Shown piece by piece: positions 1-14,099 of a stretch of 64,000 nt of DNA. The DNA is from Callorhinchus milii (lineage: Eukaryota). The translations under genes were made by a program, and so were the position numbers. The notes beneath the pieces were generated by a model. The model did no database searches. It was given only the letters and a program-made list of their open reading frames with translations, and was not told where the DNA came from. Location: NCBI RefSeq assembly GCF_018977255.1, contig NW_024704743.1, forward strand, positions 52,392,001-52,456,000, read 5' to 3'. Positions within the stretch are counted from its first letter, which is position 1. Each line of letters opens with the position of its first letter.

Positions 1-1329
1 AAAACCATACATTTGTTTGGTTATTGGTTCCAGAAGGTGTCAACATTCTTTCCCGTCATAACAATCACTTGTCAAAACATCCTGACTTGAAACACAGTAC
101 AGGGAAAAAAATGTTTTTACATGAAAGATACAAAAAAATTCCTTAAACGACTTTGATTTAAACAGAGTATAATAATAAAAAGTTAAAAAACTTTTACCAT
201 AAATTAAAAAATACTAAAACTAAATACTAATACTAAATAAAATTACTAAGACACTACAATTGTATAATTTCTATCCAACAAAACTTAACAAGGGTATATA
301 TACACAGACTCGAGTTTTCAAAAGTATTTATCCAAAAGAGTACTGTCTTGATAATGCTCAAAGCAACTTTAATGTGATGTGGAGCACGGAACTTAATTTT
401 TTCATCTCTTTATTGTGCTTTGCAGCTAATTTTCAATACCACCTCTCGATCCTAACCCGCAGCTCGGGGCCAAATCCCTCACTGTCCAGTGCCTTGGGAA
501 GTCCTACCAACATGAAAGGCGCTATACAAATGTAATTAGCTGTTGTTATTTAATATTTAAGAGCATATCACATGATGAACTAATTTTTAAAAACAGTTCC
601 TGAAATATTTTTAATTTTTATAAACAGTTCTTGAAATGTTTGCACCATCCAATGGATCATCTAAAACTATCTAAACTCTTTCATTGGACCATAGGGTGTG
701 CATAGCAAGTGCATCTATGCATTAGCACAACAAATCAAACTGCTTCTATAACCAGCTCCTCCAGGTGTAGTGTAATGCAGATAAAGTGTCTGATTGCCAC
801 TGATTAATTGGGAATTAACATGCCCCCTGAAGGTCAAATATTCGTGAAAAGCTTGGTAGGTTGCAAAGTTCCAGTGCAAATTATCAGGGTATCATGAGCA
901 TTAAATGCCTCTTTCCTGTCAAGAAAATACATTTCAACTACATTGACCTGCCAATGTTAGAGATAGTCAGATAATAAATGCTTCTACCAATCTATGAGAT
1001 AATCTAATTTATAAACCCATAACTGTGGAAATCAGATTCATTTGCTACTGGAGATAAGATGACACATTGCTGGATTTGTGGTATATCTACACTTCTATCA
1101 ATGGAACAATTGCATTTGTTGAATTGAACTATTCCACATCTATTATAATAAAAAGGTTGTTATTAGCTAATTGACATGTGTTATACCAATGGCAACTGTT
1201 GCAGAGATAAATCTTGCAACAGTGACCCCAGTTCGGGTGCTGAATTTTAGGAATATAAAGCTACATTTATAGTTTTTGATTATATTCACTTTCTCCATCA
1301 TAGTGAAGATTTGTTTAATCTCTGCAACA

Positions 1330-1772
1330 GGACTTTACCATCAACAAAGCCAAAACCCTCATTCACACCTTTGTCAGGGCCAGACAACTTTTCGAATGCC
1401 CTGATTCCTGACCTCCTCAGCTGGAGCCTCCATAAACTTCAGACCATACAGAACTCTGCAGCCTATATCCTCTTCTGCACTTGGCTCCATGAGCAAATGT
1501 CTTCCCAGTCTTGCACCACCTTATCTCTGAAACTTCCCAGAAACCTACTCCCTCTACTCCTCCAGCTCTGACCAGCTTCATGCTCTACTGTGCTCCATTT
1601 CAGCCCTTTTGTCTCTCCTAAAATCCCTCTACCACTGCACTTTTACCCATTTCTCACAGCACCCTCGCTTTTCCCCCCCACTCCCCCAGCTTTCTACCTG
1701 CTCGGTCTATGTAAGAACTTTGCAACGTTCTCTCATGATAGGTGCTGTGCTACATAAGTGTAAATTGTTGTC
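1330..1772 (+). mobile_element. Degenerate L2 LINE 3' fragment
   Basis: LHKLQTIQNSAA motif and tail ending tgtaaattgttg; boundaries approximate. Confidence 0.7.
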
Positions 1773-2821
1773 TTTGAGACCACCCTGTTTATGTGTAGGT
1801 CAATTTAATGAATAAGAGGGAGAAAAAATGTTCATGTCTTAATGTTTTCTGCCTTCTCCTTCCTACTACAAAGTGGTTTTGAGTGACGTACTATTTCAAT
1901 TCTATTTGTTTAAAACAGATTTTTTAAAAATGTTTTCAATTGGACACATCAACTGTTGCACATAGATATTTGCTGACATTTGTGCAGTTTATGTAAAAAT
2001 GTTAATTTTTAAAAAAATGTATTTCACTTGACAAAGAATAGCCACAGAACCAATAAAACCCTTTTTAAAACAAAGTTTCAGTTATAGAAGATGTGAAAGT
2101 GAAGACAGTTCACCTTACTTCAAGTGTTTGGTCACTTTAGATTTTGCTTTTCACTCCATCAGAACTTGTAATGATGGAAAAGTAGATTATTTTGTCTCTT
2201 CAGCATCAACCACAGTTCATCAAAGCAGAGTTACAAAGAGGAAGTTCAGTGGGATGCATGTTGGATATTATAAATGAAGCTAATTTCTATTAAAAATAAT
2301 TACCAATTGGTATTAAGAAATACATTTTCTACAAAACCAACCATGAAAAATTAAACATGTACATTTTGAACTAGTTTTGCGTGGGCATATTTAACTATAC
2401 AATATCTACAGTAACCACCTACTTCTCCAAGAACTACAATTTGGTGTTAAACACCAATTTCTTTGAAGTATTTAATTAGTATTATGAACTGCGTCCAGGG
2501 AAGAGAGGGATCATTATTTCTGTATTTAAATAAATGAAAATGAATGGATTTATTCCGTGAAGGTTTGATAATGTAATTACACTGCACATTTGTTGCAACA
2601 GCGACTGACAACCTTTGGCACACAATTTTAATTTATAATAATGATCATTTCACTTTGTGATTTCATACAGGAAGCGCAAGTACTTACTTGAATATATTTT
2701 TTAAAAAAGCAATTGGTATAATTTCACTTATAACTAAAATAACTCATTCACACCAAAGTAGCACTTGATGTCTTAGAAACTATGAAATATTGAGAAATCA
2801 AACATCACCATAATAAGATTG

Positions 2822-3400
2822 AAAACAAAAACAGAAGTCGCTGGGAATCCACAGAGAAAGGAAAGTGAGTCAACATTTCAGGTCCATGATCCTTCGTCAT
2901 AACTGGGGCATGTTGGGAGGGAGAGGCTTTTAAGGGCTAACAGAGAGGGGGGAAGGCAGAGCAAGGAAGACAAAAGGAGAAAATGGGGTAGAGTCCAGGG
3001 GATGATGGGTTAAAGGGGTATTAATGATGCAAAACAACTGTCTCCTACGCTGTTCCAATGAGCCACAGCACAAGCTCGAGGAACAGCACCTTATTTATCT
3101 GCTGGAGACCTTACAGCCCTCTGGCCTCAATATTGATTTCAACAATTTCAGACCAACTCAACTTTCCCCTCTTCCTCTTCTGTGACCATCACCACATCAT
3201 CTGGGTCCCAGACACACCTTTTCTCTCCCTGATCTGCCTGTTTTGTTGCAGATTCTTCCCCCGCCCTTTGTTCTGCAGTATTAACACCTCTATTCCTCTG
3301 CATTGTTGCAATCCCACCTTTGTTTTGCATCATTAACACCCCTTTAAACCTCTGTTTTTGTTTTCAGATTTCCAGCATCTGCAGTATTTTGTGTTTTGAC
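2822..3400 (+). mobile_element. Penelope-like element remnant with inverted 5' part
   Basis: 3040-3150 reads LLRCSNEPQHKLEEQHLIYLLETLQPSGLNIDFNNFR, resembling a GIY-YIG C-terminus; end tttcagatttccagcatctgcag; 2822-2905 is an inverted terminal copy similar to 15250-15414. Confidence 0.7.
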
Positions 3401-3643
3401 CATAATAAGATTGTTGTAATGAGAATACTGAGTAATATTTCAATGAAGCTGAATATCAGCTAGTAATTTCTGTCAAAATTATCAAGTAAACCTTGTCATC
3501 ATTAAGAGATATATCTATAGCAGTTTTTATTTAACTACTCACATTTCATGGAAGGGATTTGAGATAAAACTTAAAGCCCTCATTGAAGGTGATCAACAGC
3601 AACAACATTTTTTTATATGGATAGTCTTTATATTAGTAAGTTG

Positions 3644-3915
3644 ATGTCCCGGCCTGCCCTACCGAGCCTTCAGCCTCTCTGCCCCCACACTCTGGAACTC
3701 CATCCCACAGTCCCTTCACCTCACTTCCTCCCTTGCCTCCTTCAAGGTCGGTGTCAAGACCCTCCTCTTTGAACATGCCTTCAGTCGTTCTCCCACCTTT
3801 CTGCCTTCCCTCATCCTCCCCCATGCTCAGATCCTGACCCTTGATTGTCCAGTGGCTTGGGACGTCCTCCCGACGTGAAAGATGCTCTATAAATGTAATT
3901 TTGTTGTTGCTGTTG
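3644..3915 (+). mobile_element. L2 LINE 3' end
   Basis: Highly similar to 14470-14757; tail gggacgtcctcccgacgtgaaa...tataaatg(ttg)n. Confidence 0.8.
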
Positions 3916-4170
3916 ATAACCGACATGCAACGCATCTATTTTTGTTTTATATCCTCTTTGTTTTGGTGGTAGGGAGGGCAAGTTAAGGTGTGCCTTGGGT
4001 AACTCCAAGGTGACCCTCTTGACAGTCTTTTGACATTCAGTTCCTGAGCCAGGCAGGTCTGCAGTCACTGCTAATCCCAGATTAACCAGACTGGCTCATC
4101 AGCAGGCCTTGGAGGGGCAAACCAGTCACTCTCAGCTCCTGTTAACCCTGTAAGATGAAGTTCTATAATC

Positions 4171-4400
4171 ATAATAATAATCCTTGCATTTGATAGTGCC
4201 TTGCAACATCTTTTAGATATCTCAAAGCGCTTCACAGAAGTGAATTGACTGTATATGGCAAGAATGCAGCCTATAGGGTAAGATACTGGAGAAGGTACCG
4301 GGGAAAAATATACAGTCAATTCACTTTACAGTTTATTCTGTGAAGCACTTTGAGACATCTCAAAGACATAAGGTGTTATATCAAATGCAAGGATTATTAG
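4171..4400. mobile_element. Two oppositely oriented truncated SINE 3' ends (4171-4270 minus, 4306-4400 plus)
   Basis: Both match the 3' half of the SINE at 38655-38976. Confidence 0.75.
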
Positions 4401-6127
4401 TATTTTCCTTAATCTGGAACCTGTTAAAATATATCCACAGTATTGTTCTGAAGTATTTTATTTTACTTTGTGCTTTTGAATACTCAGTTTATACTGTGTT
4501 TATTTTTTATGGTAGTTCGCCAAAAAGACTGGCTATAAATATGAAATGCAACTTCCACTTTAATCCTTCTTTATATTTTAATAGTGAAATATAAAATTCT
4601 GTGCACAAAATCAGATGAAATGGATTTTTATGGATTTCTTGTTTGCATTTGAGTTGATCAAAATAAGGTCCAATGACAGGCAATATTGATTATTAACTGC
4701 TAGCTTCTAAAGAGGTTATAAATCTGGACAGTCAAAAATTGTGACTTTATGCAAGATTTAAGATCTTTTAAGGCACTGTATTTGTGGAGCTTCAAAAGTA
4801 TGACCTTGTAGGGAAGCTTCCACATGTCTTGCGTTTGAAGCTTTTCAAAGCCACACCGTGTCTTTGACTCATGGCTCCTCTGATTGCGTAATTGGCAAAG
4901 GTACCGTTGTGTAAGGCCATACAGAACACAGGGTTTGTCAGTTTGAATCCTGGCATCTCAACTGGAAATGGTTGGCATGTCAGTGATGGAGAAACCCACC
5001 TGCTGAAAATTGCTGTCCTGAGATTCCACCTAAAAGGTGCATGTGTGTGGGCCGAGTATATTTCTCCCTTTATCAAACTCATTGCCAATATTTGCTATGA
5101 AAATAATGAAAGGCCACTTGGACGAGGTTGTGGAGGGTTGCTATTGTCGATGGTATCTCAACAGAAGGAAAAAAACTACTTTGAATATCTTCAAGAGGAG
5201 AAAATTGGAGGGGGGGAAAAAGTGTTTCATTTTAGCTCAATAAGTAGAAATAGTGCCATAATTTTACTGGTAAAGTATTTTCAGCTAACTCGTTTTATAC
5301 AGTAAAGCTCTCATGAGTCTTTTCTTTATAAATTGTATAAATGGCTAAGTTGTACGTTCACTGAATCATTCAGTTTCCTATCAAAACCACTTGGATTTCT
5401 TTATATTACTTATATTACTCACCTCCTAACTCGTAACTCCGATCCCCTACACTCCATTATTCACGCGCTTACCGAAGGCCTTGAATCGTGGGAAATGACG
5501 CGCTTACCCATTGAACCATGCACACTTACCGGCCGGATGCATTGAATCATTGGAAACGTTGTCTTCATCTGTCGACGTATGTGCAGAAGAACTTTGTTTC
5601 CCGTGATTCAGTGTGATTCCAACGTTTGCCAGTAAGTGTGCATGTGTTGACGGGTGAAGACTTGTGGAATCATGGGAAATAGTCTTAGCCTGGCACTTAT
5701 CAGTTCCAGTGATGAATTACCACATTGCCAGCTGCATTAAATTGCGCATGCACAGTGTACATTTTTGGTTAAATCTGATTTTCTACTACAGTTTGCTTGC
5801 AACTCGGACTTCACGTAAGTCATATTAAAATGATATGGTCCAGACTGATACGACTTATGTGCGTTTTATTGCATTAGTTTAATCAACTCGAGGTAAAAGA
5901 TCCCACCTTTTTATTGCATGGGACACTATGCTTTGCAGTCATCAAGTTCTGCTTTCATTCAAGCCTAAGAAGGAAGCTTGAAACTATGATTGAAGAAGGT
6001 TTAAATAGTGGGAAAACATAGCTTCAGTGGATTAAAAAAAAACATGCTGAATCTTGTGTATTGCGCTATAAATGCAGTATCCATTTTAAATGTAAATTGT
6101 ATTATTTGACTTGTCTTTGTTTTGCAG

Positions 6128-6342
6128 AACTTTGGATTTTCTGCTGAAAGTGATAATGAGAGCTATGTGGTTTGCTGGTGGTTTTCACTGGATGAGTGTA
6201 AAGGGACGTCGGGCTTTGCCAACTGAGGCACCTATAATGACACTTGCACCACATTCTTCATATTTTGATGCTATCCCTGTCACCATGACCATGGCCTCCA
6301 TTGTAATGAAGACAGAAAGCAAAGACATTCCTGTATGGGGAA
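6128..6342 (+). CDS. LPCAT1: LPCAT1 exon (approx. exon 3) with catalytic HxxxxD motif
   Basis: tttgcag|...|gtaagt, 215 nt; TLDFLLKVIMRAMWFAGGFHW...APHSSYFDAIPVTMTMASIVMKTESKDIPVWG. Confidence 0.97.
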
Positions 6343-7716
6343 GTAAGTAAACTCTTTCCTGAATTTGCTATTATCACTGCATTGTGGTTGTTGACAGATT
6401 GTGTAGAAGCTGGTCAACATCCGTGGTAATGGAAAGTTAAAACAATATACTAAGGCTGCATGCAAATACCATTTAACTTGCATCATGAAGGTAATAGTGT
6501 AGAAATTTGCTGCTTCATCCTTTGCAGATAATTTGATGCCCGAGATCTTGGATTCTGAAGAGTAATTAGAAAATAAGTTGTCGTTTCTGAAGTGCAGCTG
6601 CTCTATATTTGCCATTGTTATTTATTGATTCATAAACCCAAGTCTCATAATTTAATCTCACTTGCCCCCATTTCATTTCTCTACTATTCTTATTATAGAC
6701 TAATTGTTATAGAATAATAAGAAAACTAATAGTAATATGCCCAAAGCACTACTGTTTACTTTACAAAGTCACTGAATATTGTACAAACCTCAGAAAACAC
6801 ACCACTAATAAAGCCACACTTATTCATAATTCACACAGTTGACATGACAGATCTCTAATGTTGATGAGTAAGGAAGGAATCCTGAGCAATTTAGCTATCA
6901 TTGACATTTGTACCCAGTATTACTTTAGTATAAATATTGGTATGAAAGTGTTCTGGGAACTAGCTGAAATCACTTTATGAAAATTTACAATTTGCACTAT
7001 GGAATAAATATGCTTAGTAATGTATGGTGGTTCTGCTGTTTGTGTTGGTATGCAGCATCAGTATTACTGAAAGTTATACTGTTTTATTCATTTCTGGAGA
7101 ATTGAACATATTAAGTTTTTATATTCTATTGTGCGCAAGAGTGATTAAAGCCAGTAATCTTATCTTGGAGTTCAGATCTTAGATTGCAAAATGTTCAGTC
7201 AGATGACTTCCCAATCATTCCCATTTATCAATTCTATTTATACTTCTGTGAGTTAGATACAATTTTTTGTTCAGCAATCATGTTTGCATAATTTTATTAA
7301 GGTGAAGAAACTGTGCCTAGTCATATTCCATTCTGAATTGGAAGCTAACTGTTGATCCTCCAAAAAGAAATTAACAATTAGTCACAGAGCCATTTTCTAT
7401 CTGTATGACTCATTGGTAGTATAAATATAGTGCTTTGAAATTGTGAGTTTGGAAAGGTTTTTGAATTAGGTATTGTGTGCCTCTGTTAGTGAAGCTGCTT
7501 GTGAACATTGCAAAGATTATATTACAAATTACCTGTATCTAAAATTACTATTGATAATATTTTTAAATTTATATAGCATTACTTGCATTTATATAGCACC
7601 CTTTATGAAGTTCCTCTCATTTAAATGCATTCCATACATTCTTAATACAAGGATTATTTATTATATATGCAGTGTTGTGTGGTGAAGACCATGATATGAT
7701 CTTTACTCTCTAATTT

Positions 7717-8400
7717 AGGAACATAGAGAACACGAGGATGCCATTCAGCTGTTTCACCAATTTATTAGATCTTGGCAGATCTTTTAATTACAATGCTGCC
7801 ATTTTTTCATGCCCTTTAATAAGTACTACCCAATAATCTGTATTATCTTGCTTTGAAATATCCTTATTGATTCCGCCTCTACAGAAGGACATCTTTATAC
7901 AACTCACTGAGTGAAGAAATTCCCGCTTTGAATTCTGTTTACTTCTGGTTTTAAGACTGTGCACCCCTTGTAATGGATCGCTCTACCAGAGGAAAGAGTC
8001 ATCCACCATTTAACCTGTCAATTCCTTTCACTATTTTAAATGCCTCAAATAAATCACCCCTTTATTTTTCCCCAGAGAATATAACCCCAGTCTATTACAG
8101 CCTCTCACCATAACTAAAGCCCTTCAGGCAAAGTATTTACCTAGTGAATTATCACTGGACACCGTGCAAAGCTAGCATTTCCTTCCTAAAATTGGGTGCT
8201 CAAAACTGAATACAGTACTTCAAATGCGGTCTGACCAATATTGTATGTAATGGGAACAGCAGCTTCATACCGCAGTTCCTTATTATCGTTCAAGAGGGAA
8301 CTAGACAGATATCTAAAAAGGAATAATTTACAAGGATTGGGGAAAAGGCAGGCAAATGGGGTGGATTGGATTGCTCTTTCAAAGAAGCAGCATGTCTCTG
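7717..8400. mobile_element. CR1 LINE 3' fragments (7717-8240 minus; 8260-8400 plus)
   Basis: Minus strand resembles the CR1 ORF2 C-terminus; plus strand reads FKRELDRYLK followed by a CR1-type 3'UTR. Confidence 0.7.
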
Positions 8401-9277
8401 TCATCTGGTTGACCCCCCCCCCCCCCAAAAAAAAAAAATATTTCAAGTAGATTCCCCGCCCCCCCTAGTAATAAAATATGTTATACTTGTAGTTCTCAGA
8501 GCATTTAATGTATCTACAGTAAATTCATGATATCACCTCACCAAAGGAAAAGCTCAATGAGTCCATAGCCTTAACTTCAGCTCATTTATATTCCAAATCT
8601 GATGGAAGCAATCACCAGTTGTGGCACTTTAATTTTGAACTCTTGTCACCTGGAATTTGCAAGGAAGTATTCCACCTTTCACTGCTCTCTGGTTAATTGT
8701 AGTCCATATGCTGCAACTCTACAGCTTTTGGCACCTATCTTCTGAATCATTAGAAATCAACTACAATAAAGCAGTTCATTTGTTAATTAATTCAATATTG
8801 GAATTAAACTTCTAAATTCTAAAAGGTGGAAACCATTTTTGTGCTCCAATCAAAAAACAAATCTGTTGAATTTGTAAGTTTCCTGACATTAGAAATATTC
8901 TCCTCTACATTAGAAAATTGTTGTAGTATATTTTTTGCCTCTATGTTAAGCACAAAGCAGTAGACCTAGGTTAATGTCCATAATTTTCACTCATTGTCTC
9001 ACACTCTGCCACTCACTTGCTCTTTTGCTTTGCCACACTCTTAACCTCTGCCAAGCTCTTTCTCAATCTCTCTAATTAGATTTTGTGAAGCTACATGGAT
9101 TTTTCCATTAATAAAACCATATGAAAGGGTTGATAAGTACATGTAGCTTCACAAAATCTAATTAAACAATTGGCCTATTTTTAGCCATCTAGCCTTATTA
9201 ATTGAGTACAGGATTAAATGATCACATTCTACCCCACCACCCCATGCGCAACTGAATAACAAAGTTACATCGGTTCT

Positions 9278-9560
9278 TTGGATGACCGAGGTCCCATCTG
9301 CCTGATCAGGTGCATGTTAAAGATCCCATGGTACTATTTGAAAAGAGAAGGGAGTCTCTCCTGGTATCCTGACAACAATCCACTAAATAATATTGGTCAC
9401 TCAATCCATGGTGTTTTGTGTAACATTGCTGTATGCAACTGGTTGCCGCAATTCGCTCACAAAATACACAGGCAATCCACTTTACAGTTTATCCTGTGAT
9501 GTGCTTTGAGATGTCTCAACGACATAATAAGGTGCTATATCAAATGCAAGGATGATTATA
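9278..9560 (+). mobile_element. 5'-truncated DeuSINE
   Basis: Deu-like core gaggtcccatctgcc...aaagatcccatgg...gggagtctctcctggt followed by the shared SINE tail. Confidence 0.75.
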
Positions 9561-12232
9561 TCATACATGGAATTGTGCTTCAAGTTAATAATCATTATTT
9601 ATTTGTTTGTCTTTTTGTGGAGAGGAGAATTAAGCACTCTGAAAATGAGGAGTTTTAACACATTGTAATGTGTGTGTCTAGATCCAATTCTCAATGAGGG
9701 ATCAAAGTTATATGAATAACTAATATGAATTAATACCGATTTAAGTAGATTTTATAGCATCAACTGACAATAAAATTGATCTCTTAAGAGGTCCATGGGC
9801 ATATTGATGCAGAAGGAATGCTTTTGAGTTTGAACTCATATAAGTCTTATCTTTATAAATTGTATAATCATTTAAGTTGTACATGCACCCAAGTCCAGTT
9901 TCCTATCAAAAACATTTAATTTCTTTGAACCAGTTGTATTTTATAAGCAAATCATCTTGACTGGTAACACCACTCCTGCACTTAACAACAGCAGAAAATG
10001 ACGTTCTGCCCCATCGACGCATGCGCACTTAGAACATAAGAAATGCTTGACGAAAAAAAGACTAAGGTCCATCTAGTTTGCCTTCTGCCTACCTGGCAGT
10101 CGCAACTACATATGTCCCAAACTACCTAAGCACTAAATCCCATAATGTTATTTCCTAAAAGAAAACATTCCAATCTGTGTTTGAAAGAGTTAACACTTCC
10201 TGCTTCAACCATCTCCCCAGGGAGCCTGTTCCACAGGTTCACTATTCGCTCACTGAAATAGTGTTTGTGTAGATTTGTTCAGAATTTACCCCCTTCAATT
10301 GCAGGGCTCTGGTTCTCCTATTCTGGACAAGTTGAAACAGCCTGTTATGATCTATATTGTTTTGCCCCTTTAGAATCTTAAAGACAGCAATCATGTCGCC
10401 TCTCAATCTTCTCTTTTCCAGCGTGAACATGACCACTTTTACTTAGTCACTCCTCATAGTCCAATCCTTCATTAGCTTGGTGTCATCTGCAAACTTAGCC
10501 ACTGTGGTGGCGACTCCTAGTTACAGATCATTTATAAAAATATTAAACAAAAGAGGTCCCAAAACAGACCCTTGTGGAACTATACTGGTAACATTTTTCC
10601 AGTCTGATGACATTCCCTGTACCACAACCCTCTGAGTTCTTCCGGTCAATTGCATATCCATTGTAATATACCTCCACTGATTCCTGCTTTTTTAAAAATA
10701 CTTACAGTTCCTCTTGAGAGGCTGGTACTGAATCAAAGGCCTTACTGAAATCCAGTTACAAACATCCACAGCCTTACTCTTATTAAGCTCTCTTGTCACA
10801 CCATCAAAGAAAACCAGTAAATTACATTGTCAATACCTTCCCTTCATGAATCCATACTGGCTATCATTTATGATTTTATTTCGTCAAGATGCTCCATAAT
10901 TTTACCCACAATGAACGTCAAACTTACTGGTCTGTAATTCCCTTTTTGTTGCCTTTCTCCAGTCCCCCTCTCCAGTATTCAGTGTTTTTTTTGAAAGATT
11001 TGTGCCTGCATTTCTGCAACTTCCTCCCTGAGACCCTTGAGGATCCTCAGGTGCAATTTATCCGGCCCCTGAGATTTATTTACCTTAAGTTTACGCAGCT
11101 GTTTGGCAACCATGCTGGTAGTGATATGAATAATATCGCAATTTTTCTCTGCGACATCCTTGAGTTCTCTTTCCAGATCAGATAGGTTACCCATCTCCTC
11201 CTTGGTAAAGACTGATGCAAAATAATGTATTTAGCACTATTGCAGCATGTGCAGCATTATTTGTCATATTGTCTCCTGAACCCACCTTCAGTGGCCCTAT
11301 TCTATTGCTTGCTTTTCTTCTACTCTAATGTAACAATAACTTTTTTTAGTTATTATCCTTCACATCACTTGCCATGTTTAATACAATGCTTTCTTTGCCA
11401 TTCTGATGTCTTTTTGCAGTCCTGGCATGCCTCCCAGTATTGAGTCTAACTTACTTCCATGCTATTTTCCTTCATGGCCTTAAATGCTTTTTTTTCTCCT
11501 CTTTATGATTTGCTTTGTAGCCCAGTCCAACCAGGCAGGAGTGCCTTTAAGCTTGGTACCCTTGCTTCACAATGGGTACACATTGTTCCGTTGTCTTCAT
11601 AATCATCTCCTTGAAGGAACTCCATAGGTCCTCCACTCCCATTGCCATATTTAAGCCTGCCAGCCCCACTCCGACTGTACTTCAAGTGCACAAAGTTAGT
11701 CCTCTTGAAATTTGGCAGTTTTGTTTGGGTTTCTATAACCTCACTAACTCTTGTGATGTCAAATGTGATTGCATTGTGATCGCTATTGCTTAATGCTTCT
11801 CCACCTTTATGTTGGAGATTTGGTCGTCCCTGTTGCTCATTATCAAATTCAAGATTTTTCTCCCCTTGTTGGCTCTTTTACAAACTGAGTTATGAAACAG
11901 TCTTTCTTTAACTCTAAAAACCCTTTTCCTATCTTACCAGTAGACATTATTATCCTAATTAATTTGGGGTAGGTTAAAATCTCCAACCATTATGGTTGGT
12001 CCCTTACTTAACCCTAACTCTAAACTTAACCCTTATCTCATCCCACAGTTCCAGATCAAGGCTTTCACCCTGGCTTGGGGGTCTATAACAGACCTCCAGT
12101 AATAGCTTAACTCTGTTACCATCTTTTAATTCTATCCAAAGTGACTCTTGTGTCTGCCCTTTCCTTTTTTTACATCCTCTCTCACTTGTCTCAATAATGG
12201 AGCTTATATATAGTGCCATACCACCTCCTCTT

Positions 12233-13096
12233 TTCATAGATTCATAGAATGTTACAGCACAGAAGGAGGCCATTCGGCCCATCGAGTCTGTGTCAGCTCT
12301 TTGACAGAGCAAGTCACTTTCACTAACCCCAATCACCAGCTTTCTCCCCATAACCCTGCAAACCCGTCTTCCCCAGATACCTGTCCAGTTCCCTCTTAAA
12401 ACCTGTTATCGAATTGGAATTCACTGCCCTTTCGGGCAGATCATTCCAAATTCGAACAACAGAGTGAAAAAAATTATTATAACCTCCCCTATGCTTCTTT
12501 TGGTAGATATCTTAAGACTGTGACCACGGGTCACAGACACACCTACCAGCGGAAACAGCTTTTCCCTATCTCGCCTGTCGAAACCATTCATGATCTTGAA
12601 GACCTCTATCAGGTCCCCACGTAACCTTCTCTGCTCTAATGGGAAAAGTCCTAACTTCTCCAGCCTGTCCTCATAGCTAAGCTTCCCCATTCCTGGTATC
12701 ATTCTCGTGAATCTCCTCTGTACCCTTTCCAGTGCCTTAATGTCCTTCCTGAAGTAAGGTGCCCAGAACTGGACACAGTACTCCAGCTGAAGCCTAACCA
12801 GTGTTTTGTATAGATTAACCATAACCTCCCTACTCTTATCCTCTATGCCCCTACTAATAAAGCTCAGTACACCAAATGCCTTTTTTACTGCCTTATCTAC
12901 CTGCCCGCTACCTTTAATGATTCGCTTACTTGAACACCCAGATCTCTCTGTATGTTCACCCCCCTTAAGATTGAGCTACCAAGCTTATATTGCCTACTAT
13001 CATTTTTCCTACCTAAGTGTATCACCTCACACTTATCCACATTGAAATCCATCTGCCACATGTCAGCTCATTCCACCATTCTGTGTATGTCCTCTT
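12233..13096 (-). mobile_element. Younger 5'-truncated CR1 nested in the host CR1 endonuclease
   Basis: ORF 12421-12822 LYKTLVRLQLEYCVQFWAPY...RRLRGDLIEVFKIM; tail (attctatg)-like; TSD tcctctt at 12226-12232 and 13090-13096. Confidence 0.9.
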
Positions 13097-14099
13097 CCGA
13101 TACAGTCCCTCCTAAACAGTTTATAACCTTCCAGATGCGAATCCCATTGATTGGATTCATTCCACTATGTCTCTGTTATAATAATGATGTCGAATCTATC
13201 GGCCCCAACACGACCTTCCAGATCACGCATCTTGTTTGTCAGACTTGTTGCGTTAATGCAAGTACAGCTCCATTGTTTTTGCCTTTCCCATTTACTTTAT
13301 AAGAATTTTTTGTTTGTTTCTCACCAACCTTTGAAGTTAGACCCATTACATTGATACGCCTTAAGGTTTTCCCTAATGGGTTCAGGTGCTCTCTTAAACC
13401 TACCACAACCACCCCTGTGCCTAGTTTAAACACTCGCTAACTAAATTATCTATCCTGCTGCCAACACCTCCACCCACCTTTTGTTTAGGTGGACCCCGTC
13501 CAGTCTGTATAGGTGTCTCCTGTTCCAAAAGTTGCCCCATTGTTTGAGGAAACAAAAGTCTGACTCCCTACACCAATGCCTTAGCCACCCATTGGTCTGC
13601 CTAATTACCCTCTGTCTTTCCTCACTTGCACGGGGTATGGATAGTATTTCAGAAAATACTACACTTGAAGTCACTTTCCCTTTAGCTTCCTTCCTAACGC
13701 TCTAAATTTAGCATGAAGGGCCTCTGGTCTACTTCTATCTATGTGATTTATTCCCACATGAAAAACTGCAGTTGATTCCTCACTTGCTCCCTGTAGCATC
13801 TGGTCAACCCAAAGCATCAGATCCTCAACCCATGCACCTGGTAGGCAACTTACCATTCTATTTTCTGGGTCCACTTTGCACAGCATGCGATCTGTGAACC
13901 AAATAGTTGAATCCCCTAATGTCACAAATTGTCTGCTACTCTTTCTCTTCTTCCCTCCTTCCCTGGCAGGCTGCTGGACTGCCTCAGTGCACAGCACTCC
14001 CTTGCCTGTCTCAGCCATCACTTGGGTTTTCATATCATCTCTCTCCAGAGGAGAGTAAATGGAGAGCACCAGGGATGTCCACTCCTGCTTCATTTGCCA

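Noticed and set aside
4892..5305. 137-aa ORF as a nested gene or missing LPCAT1 exon 2
   Set aside because: Non-ATG start, no resemblance to the expected transmembrane exon 2 sequence, no convincing splice sites
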